From positions 446,356 through 510,355 of the forward strand of contig CAWELB010000008.1 in the NCBI GenBank assembly GCA_963809805.1: 64,000 nt of DNA, in the 5' to 3' direction. Both the position numbers and the translations under genes were made by a program. This document shows positions 45,655-54,320 of the stretch, in pieces. Positions within the stretch are counted from its first letter, which is position 1. Each line of letters starts with the position of its first letter. This DNA is from an uncultured Chloroflexia bacterium. GTDB lineage: Bacteria > Chloroflexota > Anaerolineae > Anaerolineales > UBA4823. The notes beneath the pieces are model-generated. The model had not been told where the DNA came from and made no database searches. It saw only the letters and a list, made by a program, of their open reading frames with translations.

Positions 45655-46703
45655 GCGAGAATGCAGATTCCCTTCGTGAAGCCCTTGAGAATGCCCGGAT
45701 TTCATATCATCAGGGTAATCATTCTAAAACCAGATATTGGGCTCGCTTAGCGGCTAGTCTCAATCCGAATATCGAAGAACCCTGGTTATGGCTGGCAGCA
45801 GTCTCGTCACCACGCGCCAGTATTGCTTACTTAGAAAAAGCATTATCTATAAATCCACACAGTGAACGTGCCAGGCAGGGTATGCATTGGGCGGTCAGGC
45901 GTGTTAGAACCCAGCCAGGTCGCCAGCCCTTGATCGCAGTCCCTGCCAAACCACTTATCAGACCTGCGCGGACACCTCCACCAACAAAACCTCTAGTAAA
46001 AAAGCACATCGGTTATCATTGGATTGCACTTGTCCTGGTCTTACTGGTGGTTATTACCACAGCTTTGGTGTCACCAGCAATGGGATATTATTTTAATGCT
46101 CTATTCTCCAGCCCCGAAATATCGATGGCTTCACAAAACGGTTTGGTGAAAGCCTCAAACACACCTACACCCACCAATACACCGACGATTACTCCCTCGC
46201 CAACTCCAACAGAAACCCCTACATCAACGCCCACAGAGACACCAACCTCCACACCCACTGAAATACCGACATCCACATTCACACCGGTTCCAACTGATAC
46301 GCCATTTCCAACTGAAGAGCCTGTGGATGAGCCACCTCCTTCTGGAAATGGTGAACGCTGGATTGACGTGGATCTATCTGACCAAATGACCTATGCATAC
46401 GAAGGAGATCAGCTGGTGGCTTCCTTCCTGGTTTCAACAGGTACTTGGCAGCACCCCACGGTCACAGGTCAATACAATATTTATGTTAAATATGTATATG
46501 CCGATATGGCAGGTCCAGGTTATTATTTACCGGATGTGCCCTATGTAATGTATTTTTATGATGGGTATGGATTACACGGCACTTACTGGCATAGTAACTT
46601 CGGCACACCCATGAGCCACGGCTGTATTAATCTAACCATTCCTGACGCAGAATGGCTTTTCTATTGGGCAGACGTAGGCACATTGGTGAATATCCACGAG
46701 TGA
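45651..46703 (+). CDS. L,D-transpeptidase (YkuD domain) with a TPR-like cytoplasmic N-terminus, TM helix and Thr/Pro linker
   Basis: 350 aa. YkuD active site GTYWHSNFGTPMSHGCINL. Shares a 4-nt overlap with the amidase gene. Confidence 0.8.
   Translation: MSENADSLREALENARISYHQGNHSKTRYWARLAASLNPNIEEPWLWLAAVSSPRASIAYLEKALSINPHSERARQGMHWAVRRVRTQPGRQPLIAVPAKPLIRPARTPPPTKPLVKKHIGYHWIALVLVLLVVITTALVSPAMGYYFNALFSSPEISMASQNGLVKASNTPTPTNTPTITPSPTPTETPTSTPTETPTSTPTEIPTSTFTPVPTDTPFPTEEPVDEPPPSGNGERWIDVDLSDQMTYAYEGDQLVASFLVSTGTWQHPTVTGQYNIYVKYVYADMAGPGYYLPDVPYVMYFYDGYGLHGTYWHSNFGTPMSHGCINLTIPDAEWLFYWADVGTLVNIHE
46203..46274 (+). repeat. Tandem 24-nt coding repeat x3 (TPTETPTS) inside a 52-aa Thr/Pro linker (46161-46316)
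   Basis: Protein residues 185-208 read TPTETPTS TPTETPTS TPTEIPTS. The nucleotide units are near-identical ACN CCN ACN GAR ACN CCN ACN TCN. Confidence 0.8.
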
Positions 46704-46708
46704 TGTGA

Positions 46709-47824
46709 ATGCATCATCATCCGACAACATCTCAATCAATTACACGTCGAGAATTTATCAGGTTGGGAAGCACGGGAATGGCAGTTGCATTGGGGTTGGT
46801 CTCCCCTTCAATGCGGAATATATCCCGTCTTCTTGATCAAAATTACTATCTGGGTAGTAATTCAAGTATTTTGGAGAGTATAACAAATATCGAGGTTCTT
46901 GCTCCCAACCAACAAGGGCGTGTTTTGGACGATGAGCTTGATATCTACGATATTCCTTCATTCAAGGGTAATCGTGTTAACAACTATTGGCGTGATTGGG
47001 TCCTGCCAATCTCTGGATTAACAGTTGGGAAGTCTGAAGATTCGTTCAATATGGTCTGGTATAAAATTGGTGATGAAGGCTATGCCCAGTCCGGTTCTCT
47101 CCAACCCGTTTTTACCATTACCAATCCCGTGATCAATCAGATCCCAGAGCAAGGTACCCTGGCTGAAGTAACCGTGCCGTTTACCGACGCACGTTGGGAT
47201 CCAGGCAAAGACGAACCGGTTGCTTACCGTTTTTATTATGCAACGACTTATTGGGTAGTGGAATTTGTTCAGGACGCGGACGGGAATCCCTGGTATGGTG
47301 TACAGGACGATAAATGGGAATACATGTTCTATGTCCCAGCTCAACATTTGCGCTTCGTCCCTGCAGATGAATTAAAGCCTATATCAGTGGATGTCCCCCC
47401 AACGAAGAAGCGAATAGAGGTACATATTCCTCAGCAACTTATGATCGCATATGAATACGATCAGCCAGTATTCATGGCCAGGATTGCCTCAGGTGCGATA
47501 TTTAGCAACGGTGATTATTCCACTCCGGTTGGAAGACATACGACATTTCGTAAACGCGCTTCGCGTCATATGGCGCGCGGAAACCTGGCCGCGAATGGCT
47601 ACGATCTGCCCGGGGTACCATGGAACTCATATATCACCGAAGATGGGGTTGCATTTCATGGAACTTACTGGCATAATAATTTTGGTCACCCCCGCAGCCA
47701 TGGATGTATCAATCTGACACCACAAGCATCTAAATGGGTATATCTTTGGACGAAGCCTGAGGTGCCTCCAGACCAGGAAGGGATCTACGAAAAAGCTGGT
47801 ACTACCGTAGATGTCATCGAATAA
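46709..47824 (+). CDS. L,D-transpeptidase (YkuD domain) with a twin-arginine signal
   Basis: 371 aa. Tat-like motif TRREFIRLGSTGMAVALGL. Active site GTYWHNNFGHPRSHGCINL. Confidence 0.8.
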   Translation: MHHHPTTSQSITRREFIRLGSTGMAVALGLVSPSMRNISRLLDQNYYLGSNSSILESITNIEVLAPNQQGRVLDDELDIYDIPSFKGNRVNNYWRDWVLPISGLTVGKSEDSFNMVWYKIGDEGYAQSGSLQPVFTITNPVINQIPEQGTLAEVTVPFTDARWDPGKDEPVAYRFYYATTYWVVEFVQDADGNPWYGVQDDKWEYMFYVPAQHLRFVPADELKPISVDVPPTKKRIEVHIPQQLMIAYEYDQPVFMARIASGAIFSNGDYSTPVGRHTTFRKRASRHMARGNLAANGYDLPGVPWNSYITEDGVAFHGTYWHNNFGHPRSHGCINLTPQASKWVYLWTKPEVPPDQEGIYEKAGTTVDVIE

Positions 47825-47847
47825 GATCGATTGAGGGACAATTTATC

Positions 47848-48435
47848 ATGGATATAGCTTTTCAATATGATCACTATCTGGTAAAAAGACAGGTATTAGC
47901 ATTAACTGGAATACTGCGTATCTATAATCCGCAAGATCAGCTCGTGCTGTTTTGCCAACAAAAGTTCCTCAAACTCAAGGAGGACATCCGCATTTTCTCG
48001 GACGAATCCAAAACCCGCGAATTAATCAATATCCAGGCCAGGCAAATCATTGATTTCTCCGCGTATTATGACGTATTTGATAGCCAATTTTCAACCAGGG
48101 TCGGGGGCTTACGCAGAAAGGGATTTCGCTCCCTGGTGCAGGACGAATGGGAAGTCTTCGACCCTCAAGAGCAATTGATCGGTGTACTCAAGGAAGATTC
48201 GCTAAATCAAGCCTTGTTAAGGCGTTTCCTTTTAGGCAGGCTCCTGCCTCAGAATTACGATCTCAATATTGGAACTGAACGCATAGCTGACTATAAACAA
48301 AGATTTAACCTATTTCGTTATGAGCTTGATGTCGACTTCCAAATGGATGTTAACAAAAAGCTGGATCACCGTCTAGGACTGGCTGCAGGCATCCTGCTCG
48401 CCATCATCGAAGGACGTCAACACTCGCAGGGGTAA
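47848..48435 (+). CDS. LURP-one-related / scramblase-like (tubby C-terminal-like fold) protein
   Basis: 195 aa. The N-terminal pattern YLVKRQVLALTGILRIYNPQDQLVLFCQQKFLKLKEDIRIF resembles the LOR/DUF567 family by eye. GAGGGA lies 9 nt upstream. Confidence 0.4.
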   Translation: MDIAFQYDHYLVKRQVLALTGILRIYNPQDQLVLFCQQKFLKLKEDIRIFSDESKTRELINIQARQIIDFSAYYDVFDSQFSTRVGGLRRKGFRSLVQDEWEVFDPQEQLIGVLKEDSLNQALLRRFLLGRLLPQNYDLNIGTERIADYKQRFNLFRYELDVDFQMDVNKKLDHRLGLAAGILLAIIEGRQHSQG

Positions 48436-48440
48436 ACCGC

Positions 48441-48863
48441 ATGGCATACCAACCGCTATTTCAAGGTTTAATTTTCGATGAATATGACCAACCGGTCGGT
48501 GTGACCACCGTAGGAGATGAGCCCTGCTACGTGGTCAATGATGCAGGGTTCCATCGCCACATTCCTTCTGAATCTGTAGACCGCCAGGTATTATCCATGA
48601 TGGGCAGTATGATCGAGGGTCATGAGGATGAGCTGGCTGAACAAACCGCAAAAATGCTTGGACAGGATGATATTTTTTCCAAAGCATTGATCGAAAATCA
48701 GCTCAAGAACCTGGAGCAGCAATTTGACTCCGTCCTTAAATCCGGTATCCCTGAAGAAGGACGTGCCTATATGGGCATGATGGGATTTCGTGTCAAAATC
48801 AACGTCCATGGTGAAGTGCTTGAAGTGACTCAACCAGGTACTGCTGCCCCTGAAGATGAGTGA
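48441..48863 (+). CDS. Hypothetical acidic protein
   Basis: 140 aa with no recognised motif. It starts 5 nt after the preceding gene, so the two are probably co-transcribed. Confidence 0.45.
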   Translation: MAYQPLFQGLIFDEYDQPVGVTTVGDEPCYVVNDAGFHRHIPSESVDRQVLSMMGSMIEGHEDELAEQTAKMLGQDDIFSKALIENQLKNLEQQFDSVLKSGIPEEGRAYMGMMGFRVKINVHGEVLEVTQPGTAAPEDE

Positions 48864-48875
48864 ACCTAAAAGTAT

Positions 48876-49706
48876 ATGGCATCCGAATATATTAAAACAG
48901 TAACTGAATCCGATTTTGAGTACGAGGTACTCGCATTTTCCAACCAGGTTCCGGTAATCGTTGATTTCTGGGCAGAGTGGTGTGTTCCTTGTAAAACCCT
49001 CACGCCGTTGCTAGAGAAACTGACCGAAGATGCACAAGGAACCTTTCGTCTTGCTAAGATAAATGTCGATGATAACCCTAAATTGGCTCTTCGCTATAGC
49101 GTGCGAAGCATTCCAAATGTGAAGGCATTTCGTGATGGTCAGGTTACCTCTGAATTTTTGGGATTACAACCAGAGTCACGCGTGAAAGAGTTCATTCGTA
49201 ATCTGGCATCAAGTAAAATCGATTTGCTTCTAGAAAAAGGACAGAGTCAATTGGAAAGTATGAGCTGGCTTGAAGCCGAAAGTTCCTTCCGCCAGTTCCT
49301 GCAAAAATCACCCAACCATCCAGCCGGATTATTGGGATTATTAAAATCAAGTTTGATGGAAGGTAAATTCCAAGAGTCGTTGCAGATTATTGAGGACTTT
49401 CCACCCAGCCAGGAGTACACCCGCAAGGAATTACTCCTACCCTTACTCAATGCATTAAATTCTGAGAATTTAAAGCTGGAAATGAATGCTGATGAACTAA
49501 ATGCAACGTACCGTAATGCCTTACGTTTGATCTCACGGGGAAATTTACCCGCTGCTATGGATGGATTAATCGACATCATCCGCCAGGATAAGCATTATCG
49601 GGATGATGAAGCTAGAAAAGTATTACTGGGTCTGTTTGAAGTGCTTGGAGATAGCCATTCCCTGACTCAACAATATCGTCGTGAGCTGGCTATGGTATTG
49701 TTCTAA
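48876..49706 (+). CDS. Thioredoxin-domain protein with a C-terminal TPR-like domain (YbbN/CnoX-type)
   Basis: 276 aa. Thioredoxin fold with active site WAEWCVPCK, followed by a helical-repeat C-terminal half. Confidence 0.8.
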   Translation: MASEYIKTVTESDFEYEVLAFSNQVPVIVDFWAEWCVPCKTLTPLLEKLTEDAQGTFRLAKINVDDNPKLALRYSVRSIPNVKAFRDGQVTSEFLGLQPESRVKEFIRNLASSKIDLLLEKGQSQLESMSWLEAESSFRQFLQKSPNHPAGLLGLLKSSLMEGKFQESLQIIEDFPPSQEYTRKELLLPLLNALNSENLKLEMNADELNATYRNALRLISRGNLPAAMDGLIDIIRQDKHYRDDEARKVLLGLFEVLGDSHSLTQQYRRELAMVLF

Positions 49707-49716
49707 TCCCAAAACG

Positions 49717-49757
49717 AACAAGAGGTGTATTGAGAATTCAACACACCTCTTGTTTCC
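49717..49757. terminator. Bidirectional terminator hairpin between convergent genes
   Basis: Perfect 12-13 bp stem GAACAAGAGGTGT (49717-49729) / ACACCTCTTGTTT (49744-49756). The minus strand reads the hairpin followed by CGTTTTGGG. The plus-strand T-tract is weak (TTTCC). Confidence 0.6.
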
Positions 49758-49763
49758 TGGTCA

Positions 49764-49967
49764 TTAGCTTTCTTTTTTCTCGATATCCTTCCAATCAGGA
49801 GCAGCACGCTGAAGCTCTATCCGGGAAACTTGATTTGCCTTTCCGCAATGCGGGCAATGAACGTTATAATGCCCTTGATGTTCGCTTGCCAGTTGATCTA
49901 ATGCAGCATGGACAACTACTTTATCTAGTCCAAACGGGCGATGACAATGTTGACATCGAATTTGCAT
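49764..49967 (-). CDS. Small zinc-ribbon protein (~67 aa)
   Basis: This is the C-terminal part of the track ORF 49764..50156. It reads MQIRCQHCHRPF...VHCPHCGKANQV (two CxxC pairs). AGGAG lies 7 nt upstream of the ATG at 49967 (alternative ATG at 49973). The longer track ORF would overlap the PduO-type gene on the opposite strand. Confidence 0.5.
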   Translation of the reverse strand: MQIRCQHCHRPFGLDKVVVHAALDQLASEHQGHYNVHCPHCGKANQVSRIELQRAAPDWKDIEKKES

Positions 49968-49997
49968 ACACATACTCCTTTCTGGTAAGGTCATACC

Positions 49998-50546
49998 ATG
50001 ACTAGATTCTACACCAAAACAGGTGATGATGGCTATACCAGCCTGCTTGGTAAGGGCAGGGCTGCCAAACATGATCCCCGAATAGAGACCCTCGGTTCCA
50101 TCGATGAAGCTAATGCTGCGATTGCATTGGCACGCACCTTTTGTCATAATTCTCAAGTTTCATTCCTCCTGAAGACTGTTCAGAAGGATTTATATCACCT
50201 GATGGCAGAAGTAGCAGCAACTCCTGAAAATGCGCTGCAATTTCGTGCTGTTAATAATGAAAGGGTCATCTGGTTGGAATCTACGATCGAGGCGATTAGC
50301 TCGACAGTCAAAATACCTGATGAATTCATCCTTCCTGGTGATTCGCAGGCTGGCGCCGCTATCGATCTGGCTCGTACCATTGTACGCCGTGCCGAACGTC
50401 ATATCGCCCAATTATTCCACTCAAACGAGCTCGAAAATCAGGAATTACTTCATTACATAAATAGATTGTCATCCCTGTGTTTTGTGCTCGAGTTGTTTGA
50501 AAACCAGTCTGCGGGCATTGATCACACCACATTGGTAAAAGACTAA
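49998..50546 (+). CDS. ATP:cob(I)alamin adenosyltransferase, PduO type
   Basis: 182 aa. The N-terminal signature MTRFYTKTGDDGYTSLLGKGRAAKHDPRIETLGSIDEANA is typical of the PduO/MMAB family. Confidence 0.85.
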   Translation: MTRFYTKTGDDGYTSLLGKGRAAKHDPRIETLGSIDEANAAIALARTFCHNSQVSFLLKTVQKDLYHLMAEVAATPENALQFRAVNNERVIWLESTIEAISSTVKIPDEFILPGDSQAGAAIDLARTIVRRAERHIAQLFHSNELENQELLHYINRLSSLCFVLELFENQSAGIDHTTLVKD

Positions 50547-50568
50547 CCTCAATGCGCTGATTATTTTT

Positions 50569-50611
50569 AAAACACAGGAGAGCAGAGTGACCTCCGCTCT
50601 CCTGTGTTTTT
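50569..50611. terminator. Bidirectional rho-independent terminator
   Basis: 14-bp stem AAACACAGGAGAGC (50570-50583) / GCTCTCCTGTGTTT (50596-50609). It is followed by TTTTTC on the plus strand and TTTTAAAAAT on the minus strand. Sits between convergent genes. Confidence 0.7.
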
Positions 50612-50620
50612 CAGACACCT

Positions 50621-51361
50621 TCATCCGCCGCTTGCCAGTGCAGTATCAATCGCTGATTTTAATTGGGCGTAAGTAGGGATAAATCCTGGTGTGACCATTT
50701 GACCATTCACAAATATTGTGGGGGTACTATCGACTTTTAAAGAAATACCCTGCTGATACTCAGCTTCAATTTCAGTCGAATATTTGTTAGCCCTGAAGCA
50801 TTTATTAAAGGCAGTCATATCTAAACCGAGTGATTGTGCGAACGCCTGTAAGCGTTTGTCAGTAAAAGCGCCCAGGTTCTCACCGGACTGGTTGGTGAAC
50901 AAAATATCGTGATAATCCCAAAAATGTCCCTGTTCATTAGCACACATCGCGGCATTGGCTGCCTGGTGCGACTCTTTGGTGATGGAATTCGAATCAATGA
51001 ACGGCCAGTTCATAAACTCAAAATATACCTGCCCGCTCGAGATATATGTGCTTTGGAAAAGTTGGTTCTCAACCGAATCGGAAAACAATTTGCAAGCTGG
51101 GCATTGAAAATCAGCATACACCTCGACCTTTACCTTTGCATCTGAGTTTCCAAGCGTCTTTCCATTTTCGAGTGGATATACAGTGGGCGTAATCCGAACA
51201 AAGCTACCCGCAGGTTTTAATGAGTTATAGATTGCGGGCGATATTAATACTAGAATCACCAGGAGGATAAAACCTCCTATCCCGATTACCGTTCTCATCC
51301 GTTGTTGGCGTTTTTTCTTCGTTCTTTGTGCTTTTAAAGCGTCTCGTCTATTTATCGTCAT
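50621..51361 (-). CDS. DsbA-family thiol:disulfide oxidoreductase, membrane anchored
   Basis: 246 aa. N-terminal TM helix, active site FQCPACKLF, and a DsbA-like helical insertion. Confidence 0.8.
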   Translation of the reverse strand: MTINRRDALKAQRTKKKRQQRMRTVIGIGGFILLVILVLISPAIYNSLKPAGSFVRITPTVYPLENGKTLGNSDAKVKVEVYADFQCPACKLFSDSVENQLFQSTYISSGQVYFEFMNWPFIDSNSITKESHQAANAAMCANEQGHFWDYHDILFTNQSGENLGAFTDKRLQAFAQSLGLDMTAFNKCFRANKYSTEIEAEYQQGISLKVDSTPTIFVNGQMVTPGFIPTYAQLKSAIDTALASGG

Positions 51362-51445
51362 GCAACAAACTCCTGATTATCAAACTCCGGGTGTGAATTT
51401 TCCCACGAGAACCTGGTATTGTCTAGTAGTAATAATCTTTATTTA

Positions 51446-52282
51446 CTATTGATTAATGTGCTGATCTAGCCAGCTGCGAAGGTACTCGAATACTTCCTCC
51501 TTCTCGGGTTCATTGTGCACTTCGTGGAATAATCCTGGCCAGATTTTCAATGTACAATCGCCTTTTATCTTGCTCGCAATTTCCCTGGCGCCATTTATAT
51601 AAGCGAGTTTATCCGCCTCACCATGCAAAAACAATACGGGTAAAGCCCACTCATCGGCGTGCTCGTTAATCCAATCGATGGTTTCCAAAGAGCTTTTCGC
51701 AAATCCAAAGGATGTTTTGGAATGGACCAAAGGATCATGGGTATAAATGGAAACAATATTTGCATCCCTGGAGATCGATGCAGGATCTAACCCTGAATCC
51801 ATACTGAAGCCCGGCACAATCCCACCTAAAATCTTGGCCAGGAATATTTTGCCTTTTTGTTCGGTTAACGGTGTTTGAGTTACTAAGGCAGTGAGGACCA
51901 CTCCTGCCAGGTATGGTTTTCTGCGAAGCACATAATCGCAGACGATGATGCTGCCCAGGCTATGGCCGTATAAAAACTGTGGTGCATCAGGGAATCGATT
52001 TTTCCCTTCCTTAAGCAAAATATCTGTGTCGCCTAAATATTCATCGAATGAATTTATATGACCTCGTGGACCACCCGATTTACCATGCCCGCGCAGATCA
52101 TAGGCGATAACTGTGTATCCATTCTGGTTCAAAAGCCCAGCCCAGTGTGCGTAACGCCCGCTGTGTTCGCCAAGCCCATGTACAAGGCAAATGGTCCCTT
52201 TTAAATTTTGCTCAGTTTCCCATATCTGGAAATACAATTTCACACCGTCAATTGCTGTCTGTTCAAATTCGTTATGTGCCAT
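51446..52282 (-). CDS. Alpha/beta hydrolase (lysophospholipase / monoacylglycerol lipase-like)
   Basis: 278 aa. HGLGEHSGRY oxyanion region, nucleophile elbow GHSLGS, and C-terminal His in FHEVHNE. Confidence 0.8.
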   Translation of the reverse strand: MAHNEFEQTAIDGVKLYFQIWETEQNLKGTICLVHGLGEHSGRYAHWAGLLNQNGYTVIAYDLRGHGKSGGPRGHINSFDEYLGDTDILLKEGKNRFPDAPQFLYGHSLGSIIVCDYVLRRKPYLAGVVLTALVTQTPLTEQKGKIFLAKILGGIVPGFSMDSGLDPASISRDANIVSIYTHDPLVHSKTSFGFAKSSLETIDWINEHADEWALPVLFLHGEADKLAYINGAREIASKIKGDCTLKIWPGLFHEVHNEPEKEEVFEYLRSWLDQHINQ

Positions 52283-52294
52283 ACAGTTCCCTCA

Positions 52295-53149
52295 CTAGGA
52301 GATATCGAATTGGTATACCCGGTATGATTCGCCGGTGAAATTAAATCCTGCTTTTGAATATAATGCCAGAGAAGCGACGTTATTTTGTTGGGTATTGACG
52401 GTTACGTGCCTGACTCCTTGTGTTCGAAATTGATTTAAAACTTGATGGACCAATAAATAACCAATTCCTCTGCCTTGCATCCTGTTTTTTACTGCCAGGC
52501 GTGCCAAATGACCTCCCATTGAGCTGGAAGTGCTGTATTGATATCCAACAATCTCATCCCCTGTTTCAGCTACACTTGCCAGTGCCGATTGTTGATAAGC
52601 CAGCTCCAGCGATTCGAATGAGTTTTTCCATACCTCACCGAATGCTTCATGATCGATTTCTTCAATATTCATCAAGTCCTCAGGCATCATGAGCCGGATT
52701 TTTACATCGGTTGGTGCTGGGTTTTGAAGTGCAGTCGATTTCTCCCACATCAATACAACAACATTATCCGTATGTTCAAATCTACTTCCTTCGAGCAATT
52801 CGTTAAACCAGCCTTGCAAAGAAATAGCAGCAACCTTGATTTTTCCATACTGAGATAACCTTTCATAAGCCGTACCCCAAAGTAGATTCCATGCCTGGCT
52901 AACATTGATCAGCGAATTAGCAGCGAATAAACGTATCCAGGTTATTTTTGGTAAATCCGGCGGGCATGCTAACGTGGCTAAGAGGTCACCATTCCGTTCG
53001 ACTAATAAATATGGTTCGCTTCCCAGCCATTCCAATGGTGGTTTCCAATCCAGGTGCTGGTGAATGTACGATCCAAAATGGATCAGGTTAGCCAATCGAG
53101 ATCGATCAGAGGATAAGGCATTGCGTAAGATGTAATCGATCTCGTTCAT
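52295..53149 (-). CDS. GNAT family N-acetyltransferase (two-lobed)
   Basis: 284 aa. The C-terminal GNAT core carries the acetyl-CoA motif RLAVKNRMQGRGIGYLLV. Confidence 0.7.
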   Translation of the reverse strand: MNEIDYILRNALSSDRSRLANLIHFGSYIHQHLDWKPPLEWLGSEPYLLVERNGDLLATLACPPDLPKITWIRLFAANSLINVSQAWNLLWGTAYERLSQYGKIKVAAISLQGWFNELLEGSRFEHTDNVVVLMWEKSTALQNPAPTDVKIRLMMPEDLMNIEEIDHEAFGEVWKNSFESLELAYQQSALASVAETGDEIVGYQYSTSSSMGGHLARLAVKNRMQGRGIGYLLVHQVLNQFRTQGVRHVTVNTQQNNVASLALYSKAGFNFTGESYRVYQFDIS

Positions 53150-53162
53150 TCAATTTGATTAT

Positions 53163-53468
53163 TTATTGCAAATGTAGAAGGATTTTCCCTTGTGACCAAA
53201 GGTCTTCAAGCTTGTAATAATTCCTCTGTTCTGGCGAAAACAGGTGCACGATGATGTTTCCAGCGTCGATTAAAACCCATCCTTCGCGTGGCTCACCCTC
53301 TGAACGAGCTGACCACTGGTAATTGGTGTGGATATACTCAGTCACTGTATTGGCTAAAGCGTCCAGCATTCGGTCACTTGTACCTGAGCAGATAATAAAA
53401 TAATCTGCAAATGTCGCCAGGTGTTTTATGTCCATCAATACCAGATTTTCGCCTTTTTTCTCCTCCAA
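53163..53468 (-). CDS. rsfS: Ribosome silencing factor RsfS (iojap family); start uncertain
   Basis: KKGENLVLMDIKHLATFADYFIICSGTSDRMLDALA is typical of RsfS. The track start is a non-ATG codon. Residues read upstream (LETLEIARAIVNQ) resemble the usual RsfS N-terminus, so the true start may lie ~13 codons upstream. Confidence 0.85.
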   Translation of the reverse strand: MEEKKGENLVLMDIKHLATFADYFIICSGTSDRMLDALANTVTEYIHTNYQWSARSEGEPREGWVLIDAGNIIVHLFSPEQRNYYKLEDLWSQGKILLHLQ

Positions 53469-53534
53469 CTGATTGACAATCGCACGCGCTATTTCTAGTG
53501 TTTCCAGATTTCACCTCTTTATATCGATTTTTTC

Positions 53535-54116
53535 TTATTTTATCAAGGATGAAGAAAATATTTGAGTATACATTGCACCGTTCGGTTGCAGGTCGCTGCG
53601 GTACAAATGCACCTTTTCGACACAGGTAACCCCCAGGAAGCCTACCTTGGTTGCATCAAGGGCTTTCGTTATTGCCTTAATTTCTTGTGAAGTAGCATTC
53701 CGCGATACCCTGCCAAGGGTTAAGTGCGGAGAAAATGCCCTTTCTTCCCGCGCATAACCCAGGCGGCCTGTTGTTGCTTCAATGCCATTTTGAATCGCAG
53801 TAAGCTCTGCTGGGGCTTCTACTCCCACCCAAATAATGCGCGGTTGGCGAATATTCGGAAATGCCCCAGAACCCCCGACACTGATATCGAATTGATGATG
53901 CCCAGAAATTTCAGTCTGGATCAAATCAGTAAGCATGTTCAAATTAGAGACTGAAACGTCGCCCAGGAATTTCAAGGTCAGATGAATATTTGCTGCAGCT
54001 ACCCACCGAATTGGAATACTGGCAAGCTGCTCTTTATAGTTGTGCACCACATCATCTAGCCGGCGTTGAATCTCCGCTGATAGATCAATGGCGATGAATG
54101 CTCGGATAACCGACAT
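53535..54116 (-). CDS. thpR: RNA 2',3'-cyclic phosphodiesterase (2H family, ThpR/LigT)
   Basis: 193 aa. Contains the two HxTx motifs HLTLKFLG and HLTLGRV. Confidence 0.85.
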   Translation of the reverse strand: MSVIRAFIAIDLSAEIQRRLDDVVHNYKEQLASIPIRWVAAANIHLTLKFLGDVSVSNLNMLTDLIQTEISGHHQFDISVGGSGAFPNIRQPRIIWVGVEAPAELTAIQNGIEATTGRLGYAREERAFSPHLTLGRVSRNATSQEIKAITKALDATKVGFLGVTCVEKVHLYRSDLQPNGAMYTQIFSSSLIK

Positions 54117-54320
54117 CCTTCATCGATCCCAATTTATCGAAAAAAGTGCATTATTATGCAGATTATTATCTCCAAATCTGTGAGGTCAAATGTATTTATT
54201 TATGGTTTACTTGACCTGTTTCGAATTCCTTTCGCAGAATGCTTCGGCAAGAAGGATACGTTGAATTAAACCATAGCACAAGATGGATAAGTTTGCAAGG
54301 GTAAATACTCTATCCTGCCA

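Noticed and set aside
49968-50156. N-terminal 63 codons of the track ORF 49764..50156 (-), and the ORF 49730..50005 (+).
   Set aside because: The longer minus ORF overlaps the well-supported PduO-type gene on the opposite strand. Only the distal 67 codons have an SD and the zinc-ribbon pattern. The plus-strand ORF is antisense to that small gene and runs through the terminator hairpin.
53455-53470. Possible frameshift or sequencing error at the rsfS start. My base-by-base reading of the T6/C-run around 53454-53462 gives one more C than the track translation MEEKKG implies.
   Set aside because: I cannot count homopolymer and short-repeat runs reliably by eye, and coordinates on both sides are self-consistent with the track. 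I treat this as my reading error and not as a biological frameshift. Only the start-codon uncertainty is noted.
54182-54216. Inverted repeat AGGTCAA...TTGACCT in the gap between the MocA-like gene and thpR.
   Set aside because: The stem is 7 bp with a 21-nt AT-rich loop and no flanking T-tract. It is not distinguishable from chance in AT-rich DNA.
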